Assembly (NCBI GenBank): GCA_963842525.1
Contig: CAWJGT010000003.1
Location: forward strand, 1,344,001 to 1,408,000
DNA length: 64,000 nucleotides
Direction of reading: 5' to 3'
From: an uncultured Holophagales bacterium
GTDB taxonomy: Bacteria; Acidobacteriota; Thermoanaerobaculia; Multivoradales; UBA5704
The position numbers and the translations under genes were made by a program. The notes beneath the pieces are model-generated. The model ran no database searches and had not been told where the DNA came from. It saw only the letters and a list, made by a program, of their open reading frames with translations. The first letter of the stretch is position 1, and every line of letters begins with the position of its first letter. This document shows, piece after piece, positions 52,604 to 63,400 of this stretch.

Positions 52604-53128
52604 TCACCCCCCGGGGGGTAGGGAGGGTGGCCCTGGGAGCGCTGGCGCTCCCAGGGGTTCCTCCGGCGCAAAGGAGCCAGGTGTGAACCCTGGGCGAGGG
52701 ACTTGGGCGGAGCTCACCTGGGTGGCGAGGAGCCTGGACACGTCGTGTCCGCGGTTTTTGAGGAGCATGGCTGCCTGTGCCCGGATCAACATTATCCGCT
52801 CGTACTCGTGGATGAGCTTTGCGCGAGTGGCGTCTTTGGCTGGGCTCAGCCCTTCATCACGCTGCCTGGCGTGCAGGGCTTCGAGCTCCTGGCTCGCCTC
52901 TGGGGATATCGCCGTCCTGGCAAGGAGCCAGAGCTGTTCGTCATCGAGCTTCTCAAGCCCCTCGACAGCCTCGATGAGCTCAGGCGAGAGCTCGTCTCCC
53001 ACCGAGGCTGCGGACGCCACCGCGTCCAGGATCTCAGTTTCAAGGCTACGGTGGCTCCATTCCGCACGCTGCCGGAAGCGATTGTAGAGGGTTTCCGGCA
53101 GATGAATGGTGATGGCGTGGGCTGACAT
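52604..53128 (-). CDS. hypothetical protein with N-terminal ribbon-helix-helix-like region (antitoxin-like)
   Basis: ITIHLPETLYNRFRQRAE...RSLE; LDDEQLW; RAQAAMLLKNRGHDV; the tail reads through a REP remnant. Confidence 0.65.
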   Translation of the reverse strand: MSAHAITIHLPETLYNRFRQRAEWSHRSLETEILDAVASAASVGDELSPELIEAVEGLEKLDDEQLWLLARTAISPEASQELEALHARQRDEGLSPAKDATRAKLIHEYERIMLIRAQAAMLLKNRGHDVSRLLATQVSSAQVPRPGFTPGSFAPEEPLGAPALPGPPSLPPGG

Positions 53129-53203
53129 GGCTCCGGCTCCTGCGCGACCGTTTGGCACCCTGGCATCCTAACACGGCCATCCGAGACGCCAGGGGGCGGG
53201 CCC

Positions 53204-54625
53204 TCACTGAAAGTACCCGTTCACATCCACGATCAGGTGGACCGCCCCCGCGGGCGAGTTGCAGCGGACTCCCAGCGCGCCGCTCCCGGACGAGGCGAGC
53301 ATCAGGACCGCGTTGTTGGCGCGCACCTGGCCGGCGGAGAAGTTGATGCTGCTCGTCCCCGGGGCCGTGGCGTTGCCCGGAAAGAAGATCAGAAGGCCGA
53401 GCCCGGGGGCCGAATCCACGGTGACGTTGACGGAGAGCGCCTTCGCAGTCGTGGGGATTCCACAGACGCCGGTCGCCCGGATCACCCGGGAAAACCCGGG
53501 CGCCAGCGCCGGGCCGCCATAGGGGCCGGAGGGAGTGCGGGTGTCGAGGATCCGGCAGGGGGTCACCGTATGGAAGCCGAGATTGTTGGCGCTGGTCGCC
53601 ACGGCCGGCTGCCAGCCGCGCTGGATCACCTCGAAATCCGAGGTCTTCAGGGAAGCGAAAGCGGGATTCAGGACGTCGTTGTCCCAGTTGGCGTCGTAGG
53701 TGCCCTGGATGTACATGTCCGAGCCGTTGTCCGCCAGGATCAGGCCGTAGGTCTTCATGGCCTGGAAGATCTTCTGGACATAGGCAGGGTATCCGGAGAT
53801 GTCCTTGCTCGCCTTCAAACGCAGCCGCGCCCCCAGGGGCGGAGCATTGACATTGCTGCTCGTGCTCGCGTCGTGCGAAGCCGGCCAGACGTAGCCTCTG
53901 ACGGGAAACGTCGTGAAGCGGAAGGCGTGGCGGATCGGATCCGGGCCGAAGACCTCGTCATAGCGGATCAGCCCGGGGAAGATCGCGAGCCCGGCCGCGT
54001 CGGCGCTGGTCCAGGTCTCGGGCCGCCGGTCGTTCGAGTCGAGGGAGAAGATCGCTCCCGACCCTGCCTCCCAGCGGTTTTGCGCGGTGTCCCAGAAGGT
54101 GTGATACAGCTCGTACAGGATGCGGTTTTCCCGGTCGACGATGAGTAGATGGCGGTCGCCGCCAGGGTTCTCATTTCCTGCGTTTCCACCCTCGATCCAC
54201 CGCGTCTGGGTCTTGGCCTCGTTGGGAATCGGATAGCCCGAGGGATGGCCGGGAAAGCCGGCGTCGCTCTGGTTCCCGAACTCGACAAAGGTGACCGGCA
54301 CCCGGGGCTGGCTGGCCGGCACGCTGGCATAGGGGAAGCCGTAAATCTCTGGATTGGACGGACCGTTTGCGTCACCGCCGAAGTCCGGATGGAGCCCGAC
54401 GTTCGCGCCGATGAAGTTGATGAAATTCGTGCTGTTCGGATCGACCGGCGCCGCGCTGACGTCCTGGTTCCACCAGTTGTCCGGCGGAAAGAGGGGTAGG
54501 GGCGTGGGAAGCGGGCCGTTGCGGACGGCTTGTGCGAAGAGGGGAGACGAAAGCGTCCCGAGAAGAAGAGAGAGGAAGAGAGACCGCCAGTGTCGACACA
54601 TATGCCATACCCTCCGCGGCTCCAT
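53204..54625 (-). CDS. secreted hypothetical protein with a C-terminal PCRxxDTR surface domain
   Basis: signal peptide; GDRHLLIVD, SADAAGL, ADNGS; C-terminal VTPCRILDTR...VHLIVDVNGYF. Confidence 0.8.
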   Translation of the reverse strand: MEPRRVWHMCRHWRSLFLSLLLGTLSSPLFAQAVRNGPLPTPLPLFPPDNWWNQDVSAAPVDPNSTNFINFIGANVGLHPDFGGDANGPSNPEIYGFPYASVPASQPRVPVTFVEFGNQSDAGFPGHPSGYPIPNEAKTQTRWIEGGNAGNENPGGDRHLLIVDRENRILYELYHTFWDTAQNRWEAGSGAIFSLDSNDRRPETWTSADAAGLAIFPGLIRYDEVFGPDPIRHAFRFTTFPVRGYVWPASHDASTSSNVNAPPLGARLRLKASKDISGYPAYVQKIFQAMKTYGLILADNGSDMYIQGTYDANWDNDVLNPAFASLKTSDFEVIQRGWQPAVATSANNLGFHTVTPCRILDTRTPSGPYGGPALAPGFSRVIRATGVCGIPTTAKALSVNVTVDSAPGLGLLIFFPGNATAPGTSSINFSAGQVRANNAVLMLASSGSGALGVRCNSPAGAVHLIVDVNGYFQ

Positions 54626-54697
54626 ACCGGTAGAGCCCTGTGTGCATACACGAGAAAACTAGAGGATAGGTTAGCGGGTGGGGAGGGTGGGTGTCAA

Positions 54698-54943
54698 AAC
54701 CTCACCCCCTGTCCCCCTCTCCCATCGCCCCCCCCACCGACCGGGAGAGGGGGGACGCAGGCGAAGCGTTTGAGGCAAGGTCGATGCGGCCTCTCGTCAG
54801 ATAGATTGCACAGGCGCAGCCTGCGCGCCCACCAACCTGATCGACTCGTACCCGCTCCCGTTCGCCGCACACCGCCTGATCTACGTTCCCCCTCTCCCGG
54901 TCGGTGGGGGGGGCGATGGGAGAGGGGGACAGGGGGTGAGGTT
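54698..54943. repeat. MITE/REP-doublet element, second copy
   Basis: same AACCTCACCCCCTGTCCCCCTCTCCCATCG terminal inverted repeats as 16642-16872. Confidence 0.85.
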
Positions 54944-57900
54944 ATGCCTTCCCCAGCGCCTCGTCACCCGCAGTGCCCGCCTCCGCCTCCCGTGTCCCGG
55001 CCCGCCTCTTCTCGGCCCGGGCGAGCTGCCATTCGGCGAAGGCGGTGTAGATCACCGGCACCAGGATCAGGGTGACCAGGGTGGAGACCGTCATGCCGCC
55101 GATCACCACGCGGGCCATCGAGGCCTGCACCTCGGCGCCTTCTCCGATGCCGAGGGCCAGGGGGATCAGGCCGAGCACCGTGGCGGCCGTGGTCATCAGG
55201 ATGGGGCGCAGGCGCCGCCGGCTCCCCTCGGTCACCGCCTCGTGGAGCGGGAAGTCGTCGCGCCGGCGCAGCAGGTTGACGTAGTCGATCAGCACGATCG
55301 CGTTGTTGGTGACGATGCCGATCAGCAGGATCATCCCGATATAGCTCTGGATGTTGAACGTCGTGTTGGTGAGCCACATGGTGAGGAAGACGCCCACGGC
55401 GGCGGTGGGTACCGAGAACATGACCACGAACGGGTCGAGCAGGTTCTCGAACTGCGCGGCCATCACCATGTAGACCAGCAGGATGGACAGCGCGAGCGCG
55501 ATCAGGAGCTGCCGCGTGGCCTTCTGCTGCTCCTCGTACTCGCCGCCCACTACGAGCGCGAAGTTCTCCGGAACGTCGATCGTCTGCAGGGCCTCGCGGG
55601 TCTCGGCCGCCAGGGAGCCGAGGTCGCGGCCGGCGGCGGCGGTCGCGGAGACGTTGATCACCCGCTCCTGCTCCCTGCGGTCGATCTCCACCGGGCCGTG
55701 CGAATGGACGATGTCGACCACATTGCGCAGCGGCACGGGCTGGCCGGTGGAGGAGACCAGCGTCACCTTGTCGACGTCGGCGAGCAGCTCGCGGTCCTGC
55801 TCGGCGAGGCGGACGACGATGTCGTACTCGCGCCCGGAGCGCCGCAGCACGGCGGCGCGGCTCCCGGCCACGTTGGTCTCGATGATCCCGGCCACCTGGT
55901 TCATGGAGAGGCCCAGGCGCGCGATCTTGTCGCGGTTGATCCGCATCACGCGCTCCGGCCGGCCGGGCTCGCGCTCGATGCGGACGTCTTCCAGGCCGTC
56001 GATCTGCGAGAGCGTCCGCTCCACCTGGTCGGCGAGGGCGAAGCCGGTGTCGAGGTCGTGTCCCCGCACCTCGACCTGCAGCCCTTCCTGGTTGTCGCCG
56101 AAGGCCCGGTTGAGGACGTACAGCCCTGAGCCCTCGCGGGCGCGCACTTCCGTGCCGGGGAGGCCGGCGAGGCGGGTGCGCAGGGTGTCCGCGATCTCCT
56201 GCGCGGAGCGGTCGCGCTCGGACTTGGGGACGAGCGTCAGGCGTACGTCTCCGGTGTAGCCGCCGTCCGCTCCCCAGCCGCCGCCGCCGACGTTGGTCAG
56301 CATGCTCTTGGCCTCGGGGACCTCGGCCGCGATGACCTCCTCGATCTGGCGCATGTTCTCGTTCATCAGCTCGAGGCGGGTCCCGACGGCCATCTCGGCG
56401 TCGATCCGCACTTCCCCCTCGTCGGTCTGGGGCATCAGCTCCGAGCCGAGGAAGGGGACGATCAAGAGGCCCAGCACGAACAGGCCGACGGCGCCGAGCA
56501 CCACCGAGGCGCGGTGGGCGAGCGCCCAGTGCAGGCTGCCCCGGTAGCGCTCCTCGAGCCTGGAGACGAAGCTCTCGCTCCCGTCGTAGAAGCGCGCCAA
56601 CGGCCGCCAGTGCGGAATGGCATGGGCCTTCCCGCGGCGGAGCAGGTGAGCGGCGAGCATCGGGGTGAGCGTCAGGCCGATGAGGAGTGAGGCGAGCTGC
56701 GAAAAAGCCACCACCACGGCGAGCTGGCGGTACATGATCCCCGCCATCCCCTCCATGAAGAGGATGGGCAGGAAGACCACCATCGTGGTGAACGTGGTCG
56801 CGATGAGCGGCGCCGCAACCTCCTGCGTGCCGAGCACGGCGCAGGTCTCGGGGTCGAGCCCCTCCTCGCGTTTGCGGAAGATGTTCTCCAGCACCACGAC
56901 CGCGTTGTCGAGCAGCATTCCCACGCCGAGGGCGAGGCCGCCGAAGGTCATGATGTTGAGCGTGTAGCCGTTCAGGTAGATCAGGGCGAAGGTGGCCGCG
57001 ATGGTGATCGGCGTCACCGTGGCGACCACCAGCGTCGAGCGGATCGAGCGCAGGAAGAAGAGCAGGACAAGCACGGCCAGGAAGCCGCCCACCAAGGCGT
57101 TGGAGCTGACGTTCGAGATCGCCTGGCGGATGTAGATGCTGCTGTCCACGATCGGGACCACCTTCACCTGCGGGAAATCGCGGTTCAGGCGCTCCACCTC
57201 GGTCAGGATCGCATCGGCCACCTGCACCGTGTTGGCGCCCGACTGCTTGTTGATCGACAGACGGATGCCCGGCTGGCCGTTGATGCGCACCAGCGAGGTG
57301 ACCTCCTCGGTGCCCTCCCGGACCTCGGCGATGTCGCGCAGGTAGATGGGGACGCCCTCGCGGACCGCCACGACTGTAGAGCCGATCTCCTCGGCGCCGC
57401 GGTATTCGCCCACCGTGCGCAGGAAGACGTCGAGGTTGCCGTCCTCGACCTTGCCGGCCGGCCGGTTGAGGTTCTCCTCGCGCAGCATCGTCGTGACGCG
57501 GTCGGCCGAGAGGCCCAGCGTCAGCATCCTGTCGCGGTCGAGGTTGACCTGGACCTGGCGCCGCAGGCCGCCGCGGATGTCCACCGCGGCCACGCCCGGG
57601 ACCCTCTCGATGCGGTGCTCGATCTGTTCCTCGGTGAACTCGCGCAGGTCGATGGCGTTCAAGCTGGTCGAGGAGATCCCCAGGAAAATGATGGGGAAGG
57701 AGGCGAGGTCGAACTTGACGACCGACGGGGTCTCTGCCTCCTGGGGGAGCCGGCCGCGGATGCGGTCGACGCGGCTCCGCACCTCCTCGGCCGCGTCGTC
57801 GAGGTCGGTCCCCCAGGTGAAGGCGACCCGCACCGACGACTCGCCCTCCTCGGAGTTCGAGGTGATCGTATCCACGCCGGCGATCGCCGACACGGCCTCT

Positions 57901-58103
57901 TCGATCGGCCGGGTGACGAGGTCCTCCACCTCCTGCGGCCCGACGTTGGGGTAGTCGGTGCGGACGGTGAGGGTCGGCGACGTCACGTCGGGCAGGAGGT
58001 CGACCGGCAGCCGGGTCACGGCCACGCCGCCGAGCAGCGTCACGATGAGCACCCCCATGGTCGTGGCCACGGGGCGATGGACGGCGGAGCGGATGAAGTT
58101 CAC
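54942..58103 (-). CDS. RND efflux permease (AcrB/AcrD/AcrF family)
   Basis: RPVAT, GMLLDNAVVVLENI, MAAQFE, NNAIVLID, RRLRPILMT; GTG overlaps the adaptor stop. Confidence 0.93.
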   Translation of the reverse strand: MNFIRSAVHRPVATTMGVLIVTLLGGVAVTRLPVDLLPDVTSPTLTVRTDYPNVGPQEVEDLVTRPIEEAVSAIAGVDTITSNSEEGESSVRVAFTWGTDLDDAAEEVRSRVDRIRGRLPQEAETPSVVKFDLASFPIIFLGISSTSLNAIDLREFTEEQIEHRIERVPGVAAVDIRGGLRRQVQVNLDRDRMLTLGLSADRVTTMLREENLNRPAGKVEDGNLDVFLRTVGEYRGAEEIGSTVVAVREGVPIYLRDIAEVREGTEEVTSLVRINGQPGIRLSINKQSGANTVQVADAILTEVERLNRDFPQVKVVPIVDSSIYIRQAISNVSSNALVGGFLAVLVLLFFLRSIRSTLVVATVTPITIAATFALIYLNGYTLNIMTFGGLALGVGMLLDNAVVVLENIFRKREEGLDPETCAVLGTQEVAAPLIATTFTTMVVFLPILFMEGMAGIMYRQLAVVVAFSQLASLLIGLTLTPMLAAHLLRRGKAHAIPHWRPLARFYDGSESFVSRLEERYRGSLHWALAHRASVVLGAVGLFVLGLLIVPFLGSELMPQTDEGEVRIDAEMAVGTRLELMNENMRQIEEVIAAEVPEAKSMLTNVGGGGWGADGGYTGDVRLTLVPKSERDRSAQEIADTLRTRLAGLPGTEVRAREGSGLYVLNRAFGDNQEGLQVEVRGHDLDTGFALADQVERTLSQIDGLEDVRIEREPGRPERVMRINRDKIARLGLSMNQVAGIIETNVAGSRAAVLRRSGREYDIVVRLAEQDRELLADVDKVTLVSSTGQPVPLRNVVDIVHSHGPVEIDRREQERVINVSATAAAGRDLGSLAAETREALQTIDVPENFALVVGGEYEEQQKATRQLLIALALSILLVYMVMAAQFENLLDPFVVMFSVPTAAVGVFLTMWLTNTTFNIQSYIGMILLIGIVTNNAIVLIDYVNLLRRRDDFPLHEAVTEGSRRRLRPILMTTAATVLGLIPLALGIGEGAEVQASMARVVIGGMTVSTLVTLILVPVIYTAFAEWQLARAEKRRAGTREAEAGTAGDEALGKA

Positions 58104-59398
58104 AGTGCCCTCCTGGTGCTGCTTTCCTGCACGCCAGGGATCGCCCCCACGGCCGCCCCGGGGCCTGCCTGCCGGGCTCCGGCGCCGGCGCGGGCGAGGA
58201 TCACCGGAGCGCCGTCCCGCAGGTCCTGCTGGCCGATGGTGATCACCTGCTGCCCGGGCTGGAGCGCGCCCTCGACGGCGATCTGATCCTGCGCCTTGTC
58301 GGTGCCGGTGCCGATCCGCTTGACCGGTACCTTCTTGGCGGTCCAGGTCGGCGGCGCCCCCTCTTCGCGGGCGGGCGCCTGCCGCGCCACGAAGAGGAAG
58401 GCCTCGCGCTCGTCTTCCAGCACGGCCGCGCGCGGCACGAGGAGCGCTCCGGGCTCGGTGGCGAAAGCGATGGAGACGTTGGCGAACATGCCGGGCTTCA
58501 GGCGCCCGTCGGCGTTGGCGATCTCCACCTCGGCCTCGGTGGTGTTGGTCTCCGGATCGAAGACCGAGGCGATGCGGGCCACCACGCCCTGGAATCCGGT
58601 GCCCGGGAAGGCGTCGGCCGTGACCGTCGCCGTCTGGCCCGGGCGGACGCGCGCCGCATCCTTCTCGGTGAGCGGGATCGTGGTCTTGATCGTCGACAGG
58701 TCCACCAGCGTGAAGACGGGGCGGTTGGTGGCCGCGAAGGCCCCCCGGTCGAGATGGCGCTTGCCGATCACGCCGGAGAAAGGGGCGATGATGAGGGCCT
58801 TTTCGAGCTCGGCCCGCGTCACACCGAGGTTGGCGCGCGCCTGCGCGACCGCCGCCTGGGCCACCTGCACCTGCGCCGCCGCTCCCTGCAGCTCGGCCTG
58901 CGCCGCGTCGTGCTGCTGCTGCGCCACGAGCTGCTGCTGGTAGAGGCTCTCCGTGCGGTCGGCGGTGGTGCGGGCGATGCCGAGCGCGGCCCGGCGTTCC
59001 CCGAGCGTCGCCTCGGCCATGCGCACGGCCGCCTGGGCCTGCTCGACGCGCTCGCCGAGCTCGCCGGGATCGATGCGGGCAAGCACCTGGCCGGAGCCGA
59101 CCGGGTCGCCCGTGTCGACACGCATCTCGACGATCTGGCCGTTGAGCTTGGCGTACAGCTCGGCGGTCGCCTCCGCCTGCAGAGTGCCGACGAACTCGGC
59201 GCTTGCCACGAAGCTGCCGCGGGAGACCGGCGAGGTCGCCACCGTGGCCGGGCCGCCCATGCCGGGCCCCCCGAAACCGCCTCCGCCCCCGTTGCCGCGA
59301 CGCCCCCCTTCCTCCCCCTTGCGGGCGAAGGCCACGAAGTAGATCCCTGCCAGGACAAGGACCAGGACCATGGTGCGAAAGACGAGTTTCTTGTTCAT
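58100..59398 (-). CDS. RND periplasmic adaptor (MFP)
   Basis: GDPVGSGQVLARID, coiled coil, IIAPFSGVI, LKPGMFA. Confidence 0.92.
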   Translation of the reverse strand: MNKKLVFRTMVLVLVLAGIYFVAFARKGEEGGRRGNGGGGGFGGPGMGGPATVATSPVSRGSFVASAEFVGTLQAEATAELYAKLNGQIVEMRVDTGDPVGSGQVLARIDPGELGERVEQAQAAVRMAEATLGERRAALGIARTTADRTESLYQQQLVAQQQHDAAQAELQGAAAQVQVAQAAVAQARANLGVTRAELEKALIIAPFSGVIGKRHLDRGAFAATNRPVFTLVDLSTIKTTIPLTEKDAARVRPGQTATVTADAFPGTGFQGVVARIASVFDPETNTTEAEVEIANADGRLKPGMFANVSIAFATEPGALLVPRAAVLEDEREAFLFVARQAPAREEGAPPTWTAKKVPVKRIGTGTDKAQDQIAVEGALQPGQQVITIGQQDLRDGAPVILARAGAGARQAGPGAAVGAIPGVQESSTRRAL

Positions 59399-59521
59399 TT
59401 CGAAGGACTTGTCCGCGCTGCACCCCTGCCGGCCCCGAATGTAGCACGGGGCTGTGGCAGTGCTGTAAATAGATTGTAAAAGATGGCTCCCGCGCTGCGC
59501 CGCGCGGGTTCTCCCCCCACT

Positions 59522-59950
59522 CTAGGAACCGGGAGGGAGCCCGGCCAATTTCCGGAACGGCTCGCGCAGCGGCTCCGGAGTGCGGCAGGGGCGGCCGGTG
59601 GCCCCTTCCACCCAGATGTGCTCGGTGGCGCCGGTCGCCAGGAGCTCCTCGTCCTTGAAGACCTCATAGGCGAAGCGCACCCCCCGGCTGCCCAGCTTGT
59701 CGCCCCAGCAGACCACCCGCACCGTATCGCCATAGCGCGCCGGTCGGCGGTAGCGGATCTCCACCCCGGTCACCATCAGCAGGAAGCCCAATTTCTCGAT
59801 GTCAGCGTAATGGTACCCGGACATCGCGCACAGCCGCGTCCGCGCCAGCTCGAACCAGACCACGTAGTTGGCGTGATGGACCACCCCCATCTGGTCGGTC
59901 TCGGCGTAGCGCACCTCGATGTCGGTGGCGCAGCGGGTGGGGGTGGTCAT
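59522..59950 (-). CDS. acyl-CoA thioesterase (YbgC/4HBT family)
   Basis: VRYAETDQMGVVHHANYVVWFE.AR. Confidence 0.9.
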   Translation of the reverse strand: MTTPTRCATDIEVRYAETDQMGVVHHANYVVWFELARTRLCAMSGYHYADIEKLGFLLMVTGVEIRYRRPARYGDTVRVVCWGDKLGSRGVRFAYEVFKDEELLATGATEHIWVEGATGRPCRTPEPLREPFRKLAGLPPGS

Positions 59951-60048
59951 GATGGTCTCTCTCCGCTCCAGCCGTGATGAAAGCGCGGGTATCATAGTGT
60001 CACCCCCTGGCGAGGTGATCAGATCCGTGTTGGGCTCCAGCCCCGTCG

Positions 60049-60075
60049 TGTCATCCTGAGCGCAGCGAAGGATCT
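60049..60075. repeat. REP-like motif
   Basis: TGTCATCCTGAGCGCAGCGAAGGATCT, an intergenic palindrome type I recognise from other genomes; single copy here. Confidence 0.55.
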
Positions 60076-60129
60076 GGGGGCTGCACTGCCTTCCGAGACC
60101 TCTCTGGATGACCTGGGGGAGGGAAATTT

Positions 60130-60290
60130 TCAGGACATCTGTTTCCGAATCGTCCTGATCTTCCTCAGATCTGTCCTGATCTTACTTCTTTCTGTCCTCA
60201 TCTTCGGACGACCGGGCCTGATCCGAGGCGGATTTCCGAAGATCCTCTCCGGATTTCTCCTCACCAGTTTAGATCAGGCCAGATCCGCTC
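60130..60290. repeat. 21-nt degenerate tandem array with 10.5-bp phasing
   Basis: GAT/CAT cores at 60136, 60157, 60168, 60178, 60199, 60220, 60231, 60241, 60252, 60272, 60282. Confidence 0.7.
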
Positions 60291-60441
60291 TCCATTCCGC
60301 GGGATCGGCGTTCGGCAACAGCTCTCGGGAGCCGACGAAGACGTTCCGCGCGGTAAACATCACCTCCCTGGCACCTATGCGCGCCCGCAGCCTCATCCAA
60401 TAAGGTCGGAGGGTCGGCCCAACGGCAGGGTAGACTTGGAC

Positions 60442-63400
60442 ATGCTTCACCTCCGCCTCCACCAGCACGCGGTGGGTGAGGGCCGCCACCGGGTGGACCT
60501 CTCCCTCGACGGCGACGGCGCCCCGCGCACTGCCACCTCGACGTTCGACTTCAGCCTGACTCCGCAGGATGGAGAAGATTTGCGCTGGTATCTGGAAGAG
60601 TTCCTCCAGTACCCCCAGGAGCCGGCGCCCACGATCGCGCGGCGGATCGAAGGGCGAATGGCGGAGGTGGGGACGGAGCTGTTCAAGGGGGTGTTCCAGG
60701 AGAACGACGACGCCCGGGACGTCTGGAGCCGGGTGCGGGAGCGGCTGGGGGAGACGCGGATCGAGATCATCACCGGGGTGGCCGAGGCGAGCACGATCCC
60801 CTGGGAGCTGCTGCGGGAGCCGAAGAGGGACGCGGCCCTGGCCCTCACGGCCCACTCATTCGTGCGCGCCCAGCCCAACGCGGCCCTCGCGCCCCAGCTT
60901 CCAGTCAGGAAGAAAGGGAAGATCCGCATCCTCCTGGTCATCTGCCGGCCGCAGGCGGAGCAGGATGTGCCGTTCCGCTCGGTGGCGAACCAGCTCATCC
61001 GCGGGCTCGACGCGGCCAACCGGGAGGCCTACGACCTGGACGTCTTGCGCCCTCCCACCTTCGAGCAACTGGGTAAGGTGCTCCGCCAAGCGCACAGGGA
61101 CGGCAATCCCTATCATGTGGTCCACTTCGACGGCCACGGCATGTACAGGGAGATCAAGGAGCCCGGAGCGCTCGGGACTCTCGTGGGGCACCTGACCTCG
61201 ATCGTCCTCGCCGGACCGCGCGCGGGCAAGCACGGCTATCTCTGGTTCGAGAACCCGCAGCTCGAAGCCGGCAGCGAGCTGGTGGACGGCACCTCGTTGG
61301 GTCAGCTCCTCGCGGCGACAGGGGTGCCCGTCCTCGTCCTCAATGCCTGCCGCTCGGCCCACACAGAGCCGGCGGCGGAGCCGGGAGCGGCGGACGATCC
61401 CCACTCGCAGGTCCGGGCCTTCGGCTCGCTCGCCCAGGAGGTGATGGACGCCGGCGTGGCCGGGGTTGTGGCGATGCGCTACAACGTCTACGTGGTCACC
61501 GCCGCCCGGCTCGCGGCCGAGCTCTACGCCGCCCTCGCCCGCGGCGGCTCGCTGGGCGAGGCGGTCACACTGGCACGCAAGAACCTGGCGGACAACCCGC
61601 TGCGCGAGGTGATCTACGCGCCCCTGCCGCTCCAGGATTGGGCGGTGCCTGTCGTCTACGAGGCAGCTCCGCTGAAGCTCTTCCCGAAGGCGAAGGACGA
61701 CAGCGGCCTGAAGATCAATATCTCCAACATCGCGGCAGGAGCGTCGGCCACGGCGAGCCCGCAAGCCGCCGGCCTCGATCCCGACCTCCCTCCATCTCCA
61801 GACATCGGCTTCTATGGCCGCGACGAGACGCTCCTCGCCCTCGACCGCGCCTTCGACCGGGACTCGATCGCCCTCCTCCACGCCTACGCCGGCAGCGGCA
61901 AGACCACGACCGCCGCCGAGTTTGCCCGGTGGTATTCACTGACCGGCGGCGTCGAAGGCCCCGTCCTCTTCACCACCTTCGAGCGCTACCTCCCCCTGCC
62001 CCGCGTGCTGGACCGCATCGGCCAGGTCTTCGGCCCGGCGCTGGAGGGGGCAGACGTCCACTGGCTGGCGCTCGACGACGCCACGCGGCGGCAGGTGGCT
62101 CTGCAGGTTCTCGCCCAGGTGCCGGTGCTGTGGATCTGGGACAACGTCGAGCCGGTGGCCGGCTTCCCGGCGGGCACAGAGTCGGCCTGGAACGCGACGG
62201 AGCAGGAGGAGGTGCTCGATTTCCTGAGGGCGCTGCGAGGCACGAGAGTGAAGATTCTCCTGACCTCCCGTCGCGATGAGCGCTCCTGGTTGGGGGACCT
62301 GCCCACGCGCATCGCAGTCCCGCCTATGCTCATGACCGAGAGCCTTCAGCTCGTCCGCGCCTTGGCCGCCAAGCGCCGCCGCCGTCTCACCGACGTCGAG
62401 GACTGGCGCCCGCTCCTCGCCTTTGCCCAGGGCAACCCCCTGACGCTGACCGTCCTCGCGGGCCAGGCGCTACGCGAGGGGTTGAAGACGAAGGGGCAGA
62501 TTGAAGATTTCGTTGCCCGCCTCCGCTCCGGCGAAGCCGCTTTCCCCGATGAGATCCTCGAAGGGCGCTCCCGCTCTCTCGGCGCCTCACTCGCCTACGG
62601 GTTCGAGCAGGCTTTCAATGAGGAAGAACGGAAGAAGCTTGCACTGCTCCATCTGTTCCAGGGGTTTGTGGACGTGAATGTGCTGCTCGCTATGGGCCTC
62701 CCCGAGGTCGCGTGGTGCCTGCCCGAGGTGCGGGGCCTGACCCGAGACCAGGGCATCACTCTCCTCGACCGCGCCGCCGAAGTGGGGCTCCTAGCCGCCC
62801 ATGGTGGCCGGTTCTATGGAATCCACCCTGCTCTCCCCTGGTTCTTCAAAGGCCTTTTCGAGCAGTGCTACCCAGCCGAAGACTTCGTGGCCGCACGCGC
62901 GTTCGTCGAGGCCATGAGCGCGTTAGGGGAGTACTACATCCTTCAGTATGCCAGTGGGAACCAAGATGTCCTTGTCACCCTGCGGGCCGAGGAGGCGAAC
63001 CTTCTCCACGCTCGCCGATTGGCGCGGGGTCACGGCTGGTGGGCGCAGATCACCAGCACCATGCAAGGGCTCAGGGCGCTTTATGAGCCCGCCGGCCGGT
63101 GGGCGGAGTGGAAACAGTTGGTCGAGGAGGTCGTACCGGACTTCGTTGATCCTTCGAATGATGGGCCCTTGCCAGAGCGGGAGGAGGAATGGAGCTTGGT
63201 GACGCAGTACCGCGTATTACTGGCTAATGAGGAGGGGAGATGGGCCGAGGCCGAGCGGCTTCAGACTGCTCACGTAAAATGGATCCGACAACGCGCTGCT
63301 CTTAGTTTGGCCCTGCCGGTAGAGGAGTTGGCCGGTGAAGGCCGGAATGAGGTCCGGGCTCTTGCGGTTTCTCTTCACGCGCTAGGGCAGAACCGTCGCG

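Noticed and set aside
54942-59447. 1501-aa single ORF
   Set aside because: its N-terminal part is an off-frame reading of the adaptor gene; the permease starts at GTG 58103
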